Virus record (IMG/VR): IMGVR_UViG_3300032294_003343
Location: 64,001 to 128,000 of that record
Strand: one strand, 5' to 3'
Length of the DNA: 64,000 nt
DNA from: a virus
Positions 22,001 through 30,647 of the stretch are shown here, one piece after another; within the stretch, counting starts at the first letter, position 1, and every line of letters begins with the position of its first letter. The position numbers and the translations under genes are program-made. The notes below the pieces were generated by a model. It saw only the letters and a program-made list of their open reading frames with translations. It was not told the origin of the DNA and searched no databases.

Positions 22001-23447
22001 TATCTAAAGTCAACTCTCTACTGGTTTCATTAATATCATAACAACCAGTAGCTGATCTAACAAACTTTATGGGGAAATCATAGTTTTTTGGTGGACTTTC
22101 TAAATCATCTAATGGCTCTTTCGATTTTATTGTGTCAACTAAGCCAAAAATCCATTTTTGTTGATTGTTGAAATCTAAGACTTTTAAAGTTTCTAGTAAA
22201 CCATCAGACTCTCTGACTTCTATTTCACCATGATAATTTCTAAATGTTTGTTCAATAAGACCAACGTTTCCAGAATTAGTGTTTATTGTTGCATATGTTG
22301 GTAAAGGTATTGTGCGATCTATATTTCTAAATTTTTTTCTATTTTTACCATCTGAATTAAATCCAACAACATATGCAGTCAATGGGTCCGTATGCGCATT
22401 CTTCCAATCTAATATTTTAGATTCAAATGAAACTTTTCTAGGAGAATCAGATTTAAGTCTGATTCTTGCTGTGCATTTAGGCAAGTCTATGAGCGTGGCA
22501 TTGGGGAAAGGTAGCAAATTATAATTTTGTGAATCTGCTTGAGAATGATCTTTTTTTACAAAATCTTGATCACCAGCTTCAACAGGGATATTGCTTGAAA
22601 TGCTTACATAACCTGAATTTGAGCTTGTTGTTGTCCAAGCATTTATAAATTTTTCATTTTCAACTTCTAAATCTAATAATTCAGGATTAGGAATAACAAA
22701 TGTCTTAGCAAATGATGTCACTTGACCTTTTGGGTTAGTAAATTTTATTTTCAAACCAACATATGCTTTAGATTCAGGATTGATAGTTTCATACCAATTT
22801 AAACTTGTATATTTTGGCCATTGTCTTACTGTATCTTTAGTAAGTTCTTTATTTCTCCAGAATTCATCTTCATTGTCAGGGCACACAGGTGAACCAATAA
22901 AATAATTTTCAGATGGATAATACTCGTCAATATCAACAAATTCATTAGTTTCTAAGCCAACAAAAAATTCACCTTCAATAGATCCAGACATTATTTTATT
23001 TCCCATAGTTGTTGGGTTATATGTCTCAGTGTAAAGTATTACTGTCTCAGAATAATCTTTATCCAGTCCGCCGTTTACTTCGATTCCACCAAATGACTGA
23101 ATAAAAAACGTTATTGGAATTTTTGCTAGGTTTCTTTGCCCATCTACAAAATTACCAAATCCAAAATTACCACCTCTTTGTTCTTGAAAAATTGGGTCGT
23201 ATCCATCCCAAGGATGACTTTTTGGACTTGCACTTCCTCCACGGGTAGTCTCTGGTAGCTCTCCAATATACATTGCACAAGTGACACCCTTGAAAAAGAA
23301 AGACGGATATGCACCTGCAGAAACTACCTGGAAAATGTTATTAAAACCACCAATTAAATCATCTGTTATCAGATTTATCTGATAATCAAACTTAAATTTA
23401 CCAGTATATTGAGCACTGCTTGCTCTATCTATTTTGTAGGTGGCCAT
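13029..23447 (-). CDS. Giant adhesin/tail protein, 3472 aa: ~1740-aa unknown N-terminus, 14 tandem PKD domains, C-terminal RCC1-like repeats
   Basis: 14 units of P.A.F/I...V.F...S.D.DG....W.FGDG...H.Y..PG.Y.V.LTVTD counted by eye. RCC1 motifs SGLYHTFVVDADGKLYASGSNSNGQLG, VSAGDFCSAII, YGLNDFGQLG and IAAGGNHSIIL. Confidence 0.9.
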   Translation of the reverse strand: MATYKIDRASSAQYTGKFKFDYQINLITDDLIGGFNNIFQVVSAGAYPSFFFKGVTCAMYIGELPETTRGGSASPKSHPWDGYDPIFQEQRGGNFGFGNFVDGQRNLAKIPITFFIQSFGGIEVNGGLDKDYSETVILYTETYNPTTMGNKIMSGSIEGEFFVGLETNEFVDIDEYYPSENYFIGSPVCPDNEDEFWRNKELTKDTVRQWPKYTSLNWYETINPESKAYVGLKIKFTNPKGQVTSFAKTFVIPNPELLDLEVENEKFINAWTTTSSNSGYVSISSNIPVEAGDQDFVKKDHSQADSQNYNLLPFPNATLIDLPKCTARIRLKSDSPRKVSFESKILDWKNAHTDPLTAYVVGFNSDGKNRKKFRNIDRTIPLPTYATINTNSGNVGLIEQTFRNYHGEIEVRESDGLLETLKVLDFNNQQKWIFGLVDTIKSKEPLDDLESPPKNYDFPIKFVRSATGCYDINETSRELTLDKYDFPGSVPIPLRGWKFNSMSLSQDKEFIIEGTGNVRFYNGSESEPHYYGDQNLSGYRYLEIELKSSGQLQSGNLLITETSKGPTLQSNSKNESVKSYKISTDSSSFKTLRIDLCNPDNKIDDVDNQDSPYPRLNTFTTSKPQSTSPIGYLSTENLPKDNFLITKPNRNTESLVWITDDIKQKIKNSGIVYLTDTKENIVDYFEVNTSAFPKTGIGTNVIFGKPRINNGKIKLAKPWNGGNLDTSRKELFIYIVKNDITSGKSIDELLNRGTDGKYPDEFEVYDFDPGLPDKSEVVSRTTFDFVDGSGIIYINPIPSYESSQVIPYDGIEVEDKVKNLVKSYKIIDYVNDVANTGKAYFTIQIPSDYNINNKFAAGSSIRLKFLDNFSDDKFASIIVKIDRVEKYQNFYRANIEYSKLDKNSPPDYEGIPRLVNNKDFILSANAPVITVKPVRLVEKTFPADTVLNTNLIFITPSGPEVNAIDDAPEDEASNGPYYGISRISKIEIDNDQLQLGKVKLVRNNSLSNFVTSGNNNTFVEKTKFQVSSDFETTYYTRRFWQQNTDARDEEEGDITWQNTVTPNLNTWTLSPKSISELCDDISKVDPYVNPRWLDPNNSEAKIIRHPGWKAKKVEKSYPVDPITGNRIYGIKLDPEYLNSDTGYSTWVYGNGLLAIPSGKNSGSGTSYINAINISFNDLQTILAQTIFHRINGDFPPGKPDLFGNSSLRNEDGTIQESTLHIRGGFIARGPGYGLILPPQISTPDNLRKANLLEASTRSNKGSSESDAKGYFETGSVYGKNKIDHYIELEKSKNFTTPSQFRSSTRNMSQAKRERAAYKGGKQNVATNLSACESGFEKSIIIAYTVPTTKPGEENQTAIISTDSFFNQQYEKYPVGYNTITGLGVTVKGEFPFVISSDKHINQRSRINTFLLTERNSNVNATSSHDYDSLIAANTDMRNKLSWFPYIDGQAKTDANFSTLAKAFKGTKYNSYVISDEAPQLFNVGYADPGAIVFRSISLNTTNIKEPVTDKTIFVDGIAPTYISDFRLIEPITSSGIAYSSFPTVVQISSRDYIVAYSLNASPRKINFKLISNYQAQERNTLFDLDAIAGNTLDEKYNIYGLTSDYDEKLGLHRSVFWCNGGIYYFEYGLSSSSLGKKRTDKLHLIKGKLDESLVSELINRQNIITYFETDSELNAEVPRQKPALITCKKQEYDGKVFVAYDTGKCFLEAVLFHPYSKILGIRKFDIECVNNSGSTVESLAPVANIQANPTSGQSALIVNFLSTNSYDPGGSTLTYAWNFGDNTQSTEENPAHTFVNNTTNAIEYKVTLIVTNASGVSSAPASIIITVNPAPVNNLSPQAKFSATPTSGDVTLTVTFTDQSNPANDGSFIQIYEWDFGDGNTAIKFDNTPFTYDYTRAGSFTPTLFVKDNLARLSSKYFGPTINVNGVVNNPPSPNFKWAQTSFSPTLKVQFTDTSSDDEGPLVAWNWNFGDNQTADVQNPEHIYANPGKYRVVLTVTDSGGLQVSGTIEITVLPPGNNPPIANFIYSQQNRKLVIDFVDTSTDADGTIASWNWDFDDGFTDNVQNPSHTYFSAGRYLVSLTVTDNGGKSTSITKEVIVNPLVNQAPVISNITGNQTSFKPLVVKFTETSSDPDGFITQWNWNFGDGKTFSTTDPTLKNPTNTYLFPGEYTVVLTVTDDGLPDGTNKKTATSSIKFTVVPPPVNQPPQALFVINSNNILAPATILFTDVSTDADGKIVSWFWEFETGSTLFLNAQTYQKNVSHTFTKSGTYPVKLTVTDDGNLTNTYVLDIIVKNNPPVAIITASPNPVLSKTQVNFFGNNSNDSDGNITKYAWNFGDGTIISQGRITEPHIYAKPGTYNASLTVTDNIGDTSTDNLLITVTNRNPVSRITYTSLSVKAPGSLTFNGDTSTDEDGIIVSYSWSIAGTIVASTPNATINFATEGSYTVSLTVTDDFGASNTASVSVNVTAPDNILPIAILNVDKNSGVINDTFVFDVSNSRDPDGSIILYRLDFGDGTSTQFVNPAPISHIYKTVGVFIAKLTATDNRSGVSLETVDSTKTIQINNQPPVANFSYSPIGAFTFDPITFIDNSSDPENSLVRWSWDFGDGTNFTTTDPLQKNPTKSYNDGNRNYTVTLTVFDNFGLSNTASKIVFINNRKPFAVISTSSTPVNNVIFGTAPFTVTFDSNSYDLDGTVVNYEWYINGLLGTPFRTKSFTYTFSTPRFIPYSVTLKVQDDDGAFSDLANIGVKVNAPNEPPVANIAANPSSNTSFAPVTVTFSAAGSYDPDNIGGPLIYAWDFGNGKISDQVIAATTYNNPGTYKVSLKVTDNLAATNTATLDYIVKNNKPIALLDTLPPGIVSIKINTPIVFTSFGSYDSDSNQFINGYKWLKDGVNQNSNTPTFETSFDSVGNHTITLSVFDNLGLESDPVNKTVFVFEDPVPPPPNQNPIAILGNEPTVTGYIELKVGDTFTFDGTNSYDPEDGSSITFEWSIDGVKSGYNSTFANQFNTVGIFTVSLVVFDTQKFASSPATNLGNRYTVDVNVSAIPNPLANKLFSSGQALYGAIASGSNSPNRYGFELVDDKKQYTIIESGLYHTFVVDADGKLYASGSNSNGQLGFPSNITQQNSLTLVPLASKFKVLKVSAGDFCSAIIAEDTTIGKRVLLVCGSNINGIFGQSLPRTNIYSFQPILERANNFSGASYTSNNGLLDVSCNSYILAFTDNKQVWVAGSHRYTPKTGIIDTGFFPINIDPNPDLLPGNTNYLNPFKLEVGFNNESGFVTGLSYDIDNQIVWFTGLSSLRGWGYAYDISTYENRLVVITASQNPFFDHAIYLYNFSASEVPQFDFSSGIVSDVFPGLDPPQNFLKVSTGKFGYLAVSEKLFFPYGLNDFGQLGYVQSIPSSTFLNIRDGIPSGLVLPNMSVQGISDIAAGGNHSIILASNVTPSSYSFTITRPGGYATDPQYPTAYPITAIDQ
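14320..18230 (-). repeat. Tandem array of 14 PKD (Ig-like) domains within the 3472-aa gene
   Basis: Recurrent WNFGD/WDFGDG and LTVTD motifs at ~85-100 aa spacing. Diverged at DNA level. Boundaries approximate. Confidence 0.88.
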
Positions 23448-23448
23448 T

Positions 23449-26400
23449 TTAACTTCTTAGGAATCTTTCTAACATAGTTTGTACAGTCTGCTGGGTTTCC
23501 TTACGCAGCTCTTTAATTCGCTCTTCTGTCTTCATTTCTATGTTGTAAATTTCTTGAATTATTTCTTTTTTGATAGTGTGGAATTCATTTTTAGTGATTA
23601 CATTGGACACTAAATTATTTGTTACATTTTCAATTTTCTTGACAAGCAACTCTTCTACTTTGTTTTCAACTATCTTCTCTGTCTTTTTCTGCTCTTCTTT
23701 TTCTTGATGATAATTATTTGTGGTAAAAGTTTGACGATTATCTACCTTGTAATAATTATCTTTCTTCTCTTTATAAACATCAATTTTAATCTGAGATGTA
23801 CTATTTACAATACGATTTTGAACTTGCTCAATCTTTTGAATTTTCTGTGTAACTTTTCTTTCATTGGTAGTTTTTTGAACATTCAAAACATCTAATAATT
23901 GAAAGAAATTATTGACTTTTCTATCTTTACTTGTCTTTGTTACTTTTTGCTCATTATAAAAATTCATCATATCAAAGAAGTTTTGTTCAACTTTATATGA
24001 ATTACCCTGGACTTTGATAGTTTCTTTATTCATCCTATCTAATCGCTTAGATATACGGGCAAATTCTCTTTCAGTTCGCTTTTCTTGCTTGATTTGTTGT
24101 GTTATGTTTAGTTCAGTAAATAAATTAGAAATATTTTTTTTATTACTCTCAAAACTATAACGATTCAAGATAGTTGTGTTTTTCTCTGTCTCAAGCAAGT
24201 TTAGATTTTGAATAAATTCTTGCAATTGAACTTTTTGTGTTTTATTAGTAATTTGAACATTAGAATTATTAATTTCATTATTTACAATGTTGATATCTTG
24301 TAAAGTTTCTCTAATCTTTTGTCTTTGAGAAATATTACTAATTTTACTTTCAAATCTATTGAAAGATTGGATGTAATTCTTGCTCAAATTTATGGCAGTA
24401 ATGAAGTCTTTCTGATCAATCTTACTGGTGCGATTTACAATATTATTTTCTTGAATAATATTGCTCACATAATTCAAGTTCTTTACTATTTGGTCAACAT
24501 TTCTAACCTGTGCGATCTTGCTTATTTGCTGAACACTTGTTTTAAATTCTTGATAGTTCTGGGATATCAAATTCAAATCTTTAGTAATTTGATTGATATT
24601 ATTAGTGTTAGAAATCTTAGAAATATTCTGAGCAGTTTCTTGTGTGACATTTACAGTGTCCAAAATTTCAACATTTTTAACAAGATTGGAAATTCTATTG
24701 TAGATCTTTCTTTCTTGCACAGTCTTTGTTAAATTTACAATGTTAAGTAAATCTTTACTTTCAATATTAGAAATCTTTTGAACAACTTCTGTAATTTGAT
24801 TCACACTTGACAGTTTTATGTTGGATATATCATTGGTTTTTGTGAGATTTATTATTTTATTTAATTGATTGATATTTTCTAGTTGGCTAATCTGTTTGAC
24901 AATATTTACTTGTTCTTGAGTTATGTTATTTATCTTGTTTATTTGGCTTAATTTTTCAATATTTTCAGATACAAGATTCAATTGGGAAACTTTTAAGTTT
25001 TCAACATTTGATACATCTACAGTCTTAGAAACATTGATAAGATTTTTCAAATTTTGTATTTCTGTCTTAAACTCTGAACTATTCAAATTACTTATTTCAT
25101 CTATGTTTTCTGTAATTTGATTGATATTGTTATATCTTGCCAGTCTTGTAATTTTTCTGACAATATTTTCAGATTTCTTGATGTCTTGTGTTACATTGAT
25201 ATTCTTCAATAAATTAATTTTTTCTGTAATATTTTCTGTGTTAAAGTTTGAAAGTTTCTCCACAATAAACTCAACATTAGATTTATTAATTATTTCATTT
25301 AAATTTTCAACATTTTTTTGGTCCACACGAACTGAAGATAACTTTGGATTTATTGAAATCGTATTTAAATTTTCAATGACATTTGAAATATTTTTATAAC
25401 TTTGCGCTATTCTAGTGAAAGATTTTGATTCTGATAAATTGACAAAAGATTTAAATTCTTCTACATTTATAGAAGATAATTTGTTGACAATTTGATTTTC
25501 AGTATTGTTATAATCAACAACATTTTTAGAAAGATTGACTAAGTTTTTGATGTTCTCAATTGTAGAGTTTGAAACTTTAGTAATTTCTATATTATTATTT
25601 TTAGAATAGTTAATAATATCAACTAAATTCTTAATATTAGAGGTGTTGATATTACTTTGTCTCAATACTGTGTAAATACTATTTAGTTGTTCTTCATTAG
25701 TAACCAAAGACAACAAAGCTCTTACTGTTTGATTATTAGATATATTGCTTATTTTATTGACAATTATGTTAGAATATTCATCAATGTAATCAGTATTATT
25801 TAGAACATTTTTGATCTCTTTTGCTACAAAATTGCTGGTCTTTTCTTGAATATGAACCATTCTGTGGTGAACAAAAGAAATGTTTTGCTGTGCTACATTT
25901 AAGTCATTCTTGATTTTTGTAATCTTATTTTCAACATATTGATTACTATTTTTTATTGTTTTCAAAACCGCATATTGAAATTCATAATCATTGGCAGTGT
26001 ATTCATAGTTAACATTTTTTGTTAAGTTTAAAATATTTTTGTAATGATTATTTTTATGAGTAACACTATGCCTATGAATATTCTGATAAGTATTTTTTAA
26101 ATTGACTTCAGTTTGCTTGATTTGCTGAACTGTGTCATTAAAGAAGTTTAAGTTCTGAATAAATTCTCTGTATCTATTTTCAATATGTCTATAGAAATTA
26201 TAAGAAGTAGACAGGTTTTTTAGATTTGTCTCATAAACAGTTTTTTCAGAATGATTAAGTATTCTATTAAAATCAATACTCAAATTCTTACTATGCTGGT
26301 TGACTATCTTGAAGAATTGATTTTCAATATTAGGCGCAATATTTAAGTCTTTTAAGAAAGCCTTATATAAATTTTCAAAATCAATTTTAGTAGCTTCAGA

Positions 26401-27333
26401 AAATTTATTTAAATTGGTAACTTGCTGGTTTACTGTTCTATTGGTGTTGTTTATAAAATTTAAGTCAGTATTGTTAGTATTACTGATGTTGTTTACTGTT
26501 CTAGAGGATCTAAGCTGTAAATCTAGTCTGTTATTATTTAATAAATTTATTTCATTGATATTAGTGATAGAATTATTATTTATAGCTCTTGTGTTAGTAG
26601 TATTTTTCGACAAAGATACATCTTGCAAATAAGCGTTTATTTCATCTTTCTTTGAATTACCAGACCTTACTTCAAATTTTTTTTTTACTCTTACTTCACT
26701 AGGATTTAAACCTAGTTTCTTAATTGCATCATTTACTAGAGCTTCATTTTCACTTATAATATCTGCATTTTCTGAATCTTCAAAAAATTGATTAAATCCG
26801 CCAGATACAACACCTGATGAAAGCATTTCCATAAATCTTGGATATAGTTGAAAAAATCCATTAGCTACACTTTCATCTACTGATTCGAATTGTTCAATGT
26901 CAAGTTTTTTTATGGAATCATCAGATTTTAGTGACTTTAAATTTTGCAAAGCCATCATAAACTCTATCTGATCGGAGTTCAAACCCAAAGAGCTATAGTC
27001 AACTACTTTTTGTTTAAACTCCTTGATTTTTGTCGGATAAATAATATCTGGATCTGTATTGACTTTATTAAGTTCTAAATTTTCAGAATAATTGGAATGA
27101 AAAGGATTAATTCTAAAGAGTTTTCTTGGTAAAATTTTTGCAGAAACATCTGGAATGTTATAATCGTCTGGATCTTCAGTTGTACCAGCAGTATGAAGCT
27201 CTTTCTTAATGTTATAAGAAATAGCCTTAGTAGATGGTATGTATTGAAAATAACAATTTAATTCTGCAGACGTGACAAATGCGTCTGACTGAATTGAAAT
27301 TTTATCATATTCGATAAAATCAATATCTGACAT
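23449..27333 (-). CDS. Asn/Ile/Lys/Glu-rich low-complexity, probably helical protein, 1294 aa
   Basis: After ~aa 230 almost no Gly/Pro/Cys and no Trp. Degenerate repeats such as NNINQITENIDEISNL..EFKT, NNINQITKDLNLISQNYQEFKT and INLSK/INLTK/INVSK. Confidence 0.75.
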   Translation of the reverse strand: MSDIDFIEYDKISIQSDAFVTSAELNCYFQYIPSTKAISYNIKKELHTAGTTEDPDDYNIPDVSAKILPRKLFRINPFHSNYSENLELNKVNTDPDIIYPTKIKEFKQKVVDYSSLGLNSDQIEFMMALQNLKSLKSDDSIKKLDIEQFESVDESVANGFFQLYPRFMEMLSSGVVSGGFNQFFEDSENADIISENEALVNDAIKKLGLNPSEVRVKKKFEVRSGNSKKDEINAYLQDVSLSKNTTNTRAINNNSITNINEINLLNNNRLDLQLRSSRTVNNISNTNNTDLNFINNTNRTVNQQVTNLNKFSEATKIDFENLYKAFLKDLNIAPNIENQFFKIVNQHSKNLSIDFNRILNHSEKTVYETNLKNLSTSYNFYRHIENRYREFIQNLNFFNDTVQQIKQTEVNLKNTYQNIHRHSVTHKNNHYKNILNLTKNVNYEYTANDYEFQYAVLKTIKNSNQYVENKITKIKNDLNVAQQNISFVHHRMVHIQEKTSNFVAKEIKNVLNNTDYIDEYSNIIVNKISNISNNQTVRALLSLVTNEEQLNSIYTVLRQSNINTSNIKNLVDIINYSKNNNIEITKVSNSTIENIKNLVNLSKNVVDYNNTENQIVNKLSSINVEEFKSFVNLSESKSFTRIAQSYKNISNVIENLNTISINPKLSSVRVDQKNVENLNEIINKSNVEFIVEKLSNFNTENITEKINLLKNINVTQDIKKSENIVRKITRLARYNNINQITENIDEISNLNSSEFKTEIQNLKNLINVSKTVDVSNVENLKVSQLNLVSENIEKLSQINKINNITQEQVNIVKQISQLENINQLNKIINLTKTNDISNIKLSSVNQITEVVQKISNIESKDLLNIVNLTKTVQERKIYNRISNLVKNVEILDTVNVTQETAQNISKISNTNNINQITKDLNLISQNYQEFKTSVQQISKIAQVRNVDQIVKNLNYVSNIIQENNIVNRTSKIDQKDFITAINLSKNYIQSFNRFESKISNISQRQKIRETLQDINIVNNEINNSNVQITNKTQKVQLQEFIQNLNLLETEKNTTILNRYSFESNKKNISNLFTELNITQQIKQEKRTEREFARISKRLDRMNKETIKVQGNSYKVEQNFFDMMNFYNEQKVTKTSKDRKVNNFFQLLDVLNVQKTTNERKVTQKIQKIEQVQNRIVNSTSQIKIDVYKEKKDNYYKVDNRQTFTTNNYHQEKEEQKKTEKIVENKVEELLVKKIENVTNNLVSNVITKNEFHTIKKEIIQEIYNIEMKTEERIKELRKETQQTVQTMLERFLRS

Positions 27334-27352
27334 AAATTAATTGTAAAGGAGA

Positions 27353-27997
27353 TTATTTCTTTTTGAACTTTGATTTAGATTTACCAACTTGTGCTTCTGT
27401 TGATAATTCGTCTCTGTGCTTTTCTGGATGAGTCATTAACTTACCATAATTAGGACTGCCAGGTGTGTCATCATAAAGTTCATTGAAATATTCTTCCACT
27501 GGCTCAAGAATTTCTTCTTTTGATGGTTTTTCTGCAATTTTGATAAACTTAGCGTTAGTGTGTGAAATGTTCAAGTCTCCCTCTTCTCCAGACAATAAAG
27601 CGACTACATAATCGTCTATTCTAGCTAAATCTTCTTCAAGATTTTGAATTTGCTTTGCTAGAGCAGCTTGATCTCTTTTTAATTCTTCACGAGATTCTCG
27701 AGTAGAAACATCAACGTTTTTTCCACCTATATTTTGAAACAATGATGTGTCGTACACTTGTCTTATGTTTTTCTTTTCGATCAAGTCTTCTTTTTGTTGT
27801 TTAAGTAATTGCAAAAACTTATCTAACTTATAATCTTTATTATCAAACTTAACGTTGATAGCTATTCTTTTGTAAGGTTCAAAATCTTTTTCAATTTTTT
27901 GAATTTCTGCTGTGATTTTTTCTATATTTTTGTCAAAATCAGGCTTAGATAATGCAGTAGTATAAGTTTCTATTTGCGCTTGTACTATCTTAAACAT
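27353..27997 (-). CDS. Hypothetical coiled-coil protein, 214 aa
   Basis: Charged helical sequence. Starts MFKIVQAQ and has internal FIKIAE. TAATG-coupled to the upstream gene. Confidence 0.7.
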   Translation of the reverse strand: MFKIVQAQIETYTTALSKPDFDKNIEKITAEIQKIEKDFEPYKRIAINVKFDNKDYKLDKFLQLLKQQKEDLIEKKNIRQVYDTSLFQNIGGKNVDVSTRESREELKRDQAALAKQIQNLEEDLARIDDYVVALLSGEEGDLNISHTNAKFIKIAEKPSKEEILEPVEEYFNELYDDTPGSPNYGKLMTHPEKHRDELSTEAQVGKSKSKFKKK

Positions 27998-30642
27998 TAT
28001 CTTACTCCTTGATTTTGATCTTGCTCATTGAAAAAAGGTGATTCTGTAGGTTCAGATTGGTTGGGGCTCTCTGGTAATTTAGTCACTCCAGCATCCATTG
28101 GGTATTTGACCATTGGTGTAATAATGTCAGGGTTCTTCAATAATTCTGTTGTTTCATAATAGTCTTTTCTTGCTTGCATAAGAGCTTGATACACTTCATT
28201 TCTGATAGCTCCTACTTGAGGCAAAATTCCATTAGGTGTAGCAATGATATTTGCCATTGGTATACCAAGTTTTTTCAAAGTATTCATTTGAACTTGCAAT
28301 GGTTTTAATTTTTGCAACAAAACTCGCTTTCTGATTAGGTGCTGAGAAATATTTTTCATACTAGACCATTCAGCTCTTTTTCTCTGAACTTCTATTAATT
28401 CTTTCTCATACTTGGCAAGTAAACCAGTCATTTGAGTTTTTTGAACGTTATTAAGATAATTTGGATTTATATTCTTAAAAGCATTTCTAAAAATATTTAA
28501 AGCAGCTTTGTATTGATTTTCCACATCTTTGCAAAAATCTAAGAAATCTTTCAACTTAACCTTAAAGTCTTCTGGTAAATCACCAACAGTATAGTCAGTT
28601 TTACCACCACCTAGTTGTACTATTTGTTGTTCGGCATTCTTGAGATTTTCTTCTTTTGTAGTAAGTTGTCCCATTAAGTATTGAGACTGAACTGAAAATT
28701 TTGCTAGAGCATTGGCATCCTGATCAGCAACACCAGCAGCTATTAAAGTTTCTTGTTGATTAACTAAAATTTGTCTGCCTCTATCAGTTAAATTTCCACT
28801 AGCATCATAAAACATTTGACTTTGAGGAGCGTTTTTACCAAATATATTAAGTTGCGCTAAAGATTCAATCAAGAGATTTTTCATATAAACAACAATTGGC
28901 AATAAAGTGTTAGCTGCTTGTGTCCATCTCCCCTTAAATACTTCTGAAAGAATTTGACTTCCAATATCTTTGATAGCAATTGTACCTATAACTATTGAAC
29001 CTACAGTTGTAATAAGAGTAATTATTTTAGAAATAGCAACTGTTAATTTATTAGTTGAAATCTCTGGATTGCCTACTTGGGCATTATATTGAGCAGTTTT
29101 TATATTTGAATTATTACTGGCTGTAGATGTTTTGTCTGATAGTATGCTTTGTTCGATATTTTGAAATTCTGTCTGTATAGAGCTTTCAGATATTGTGTTT
29201 GATTGAACTTGAGAAATAACATTTTTTACAGAAGTAGAAAATGTAATGAAGAAATTAATTATTTTCTTTACAGTAGGATCATTTGTTAAACTTTTGGCAA
29301 ATTCAATAAATCTTTGATATTGACCACCAATAGCATCAAAAATTTCTCTCAAACCCTTTAACACATCATTCTTAACTTTTTGATCTATTCTAGGAGCAGT
29401 TTGAGCATAAATATGTTTGGTTACCTCAGGGCTTGCCAATTTTAAAAATTTGTGATGAGAATTACTAAAAGGCACTCTACTTTCTGGAATTTGCGGAAAA
29501 TTCTGAGTATTAGAATTATAAATATCTTCTGATGGACGATTTCTTCTAGTTTCAGGAGAAGTATCCCCGCCAAATATACTTGAAGCTTGATTTAATATAA
29601 TTTTAGCAGATCTTAAGTCATAATACATACTTCGAAGTGCTCTAAACATTGGCTGTGTGACTAAAAATTTAAATGCCTCTCCCATGCCTTTTATCAATTC
29701 TACTAATTGCTTATTGGCTTCTTCAGTTTTCATCATGTCAAAGATTGCTCTTTGCATATTGAACTTTTGTTCTTGTGAATTAAGTGCATCTCTACTTTGT
29801 TGGAATCTTCTTCTGATTTCCTCACTTTGATCTGGAAGACTTGCCTGAGAAAGCGAAATTAGCTGATTGAAAATCAATTGGTCTTGAGGATCTTTTGATA
29901 AATAACCAAGGTTAACTTTAGGTTGATTTCCAGCAACAGCATCTCTTAATACAGAAAAAATATCAATAGTTGGATTGAGTTTTTGATAGTCGCAAGCCAA
30001 ATCAATAATATTTTTTACTGTATTCATTTGCAACTTCTGACCATAATGTTCTATGAAGAAGTGTAATATGTCAGATGCTTTGGCATTACAAACTCTCGAT
30101 TTATTAATACAATAATCAATAATTCCAATGACATCAGTGAAAGGCAATTTTAATTTTTCCTCAAATTGATAAAAAATTTCACGAGCTTCATCAGCATTCA
30201 TCATCATATTGAGGCGAGCAATTATTGTATCTTTTGTTTCCAAATAAGGTGCAAACTTAGAACCTGGATCTTCTGTAGCTCTTGCACCTTCTTGTATTTG
30301 TTCTCTTACATAATCAGCCACTGAACTTGATTGATTTGCTCCAGAACCAGAATTATTTTGAGCCATCCATCTTTCAAGAAAAACGTCATTATTTGTTCGT
30401 CCTGGAGCAATTGTTGTGTTTAGAAAGGTAACTACATAAGGTCTTTTTAAAAATGCTACTCTATCAGCAGGAGTTGGTAAAGCATTCAATTGTCTAAAAA
30501 GATCATTCATGTCAGCAACTTGAGCAGTAACAATCTTTTTCTCTAAAATTATGTTACTGGCCAGGATCTTGGTGCTGTCAGAAATATCAGACGAATCCTG
30601 ACTCACAGATGATAATAAAGTTTCATTGAATACTAATTTCAT
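27997..30642 (-). CDS. Helical virion-associated protein, 881 aa (candidate ejection/internal or tape-measure-like)
   Basis: All-alpha composition with a hydrophobic segment (LTVAISKIITLITTVGSIVIGTIAI). Motifs KIVTAQ, FLKLAS, HIYAQ, IKTAQ. Function is inferred from context. Confidence 0.6.
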   Translation of the reverse strand: MKLVFNETLLSSVSQDSSDISDSTKILASNIILEKKIVTAQVADMNDLFRQLNALPTPADRVAFLKRPYVVTFLNTTIAPGRTNNDVFLERWMAQNNSGSGANQSSSVADYVREQIQEGARATEDPGSKFAPYLETKDTIIARLNMMMNADEAREIFYQFEEKLKLPFTDVIGIIDYCINKSRVCNAKASDILHFFIEHYGQKLQMNTVKNIIDLACDYQKLNPTIDIFSVLRDAVAGNQPKVNLGYLSKDPQDQLIFNQLISLSQASLPDQSEEIRRRFQQSRDALNSQEQKFNMQRAIFDMMKTEEANKQLVELIKGMGEAFKFLVTQPMFRALRSMYYDLRSAKIILNQASSIFGGDTSPETRRNRPSEDIYNSNTQNFPQIPESRVPFSNSHHKFLKLASPEVTKHIYAQTAPRIDQKVKNDVLKGLREIFDAIGGQYQRFIEFAKSLTNDPTVKKIINFFITFSTSVKNVISQVQSNTISESSIQTEFQNIEQSILSDKTSTASNNSNIKTAQYNAQVGNPEISTNKLTVAISKIITLITTVGSIVIGTIAIKDIGSQILSEVFKGRWTQAANTLLPIVVYMKNLLIESLAQLNIFGKNAPQSQMFYDASGNLTDRGRQILVNQQETLIAAGVADQDANALAKFSVQSQYLMGQLTTKEENLKNAEQQIVQLGGGKTDYTVGDLPEDFKVKLKDFLDFCKDVENQYKAALNIFRNAFKNINPNYLNNVQKTQMTGLLAKYEKELIEVQRKRAEWSSMKNISQHLIRKRVLLQKLKPLQVQMNTLKKLGIPMANIIATPNGILPQVGAIRNEVYQALMQARKDYYETTELLKNPDIITPMVKYPMDAGVTKLPESPNQSEPTESPFFNEQDQNQGVR

Positions 30643-30647
30643 AAGGT

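Noticed and set aside
1567-26632. Many short 60-140 aa ORFs antisense or out of frame within the large minus-strand genes
   Set aside because: Fully nested in long genuine CDSs, with no recognisable motifs; typical shadow ORFs.
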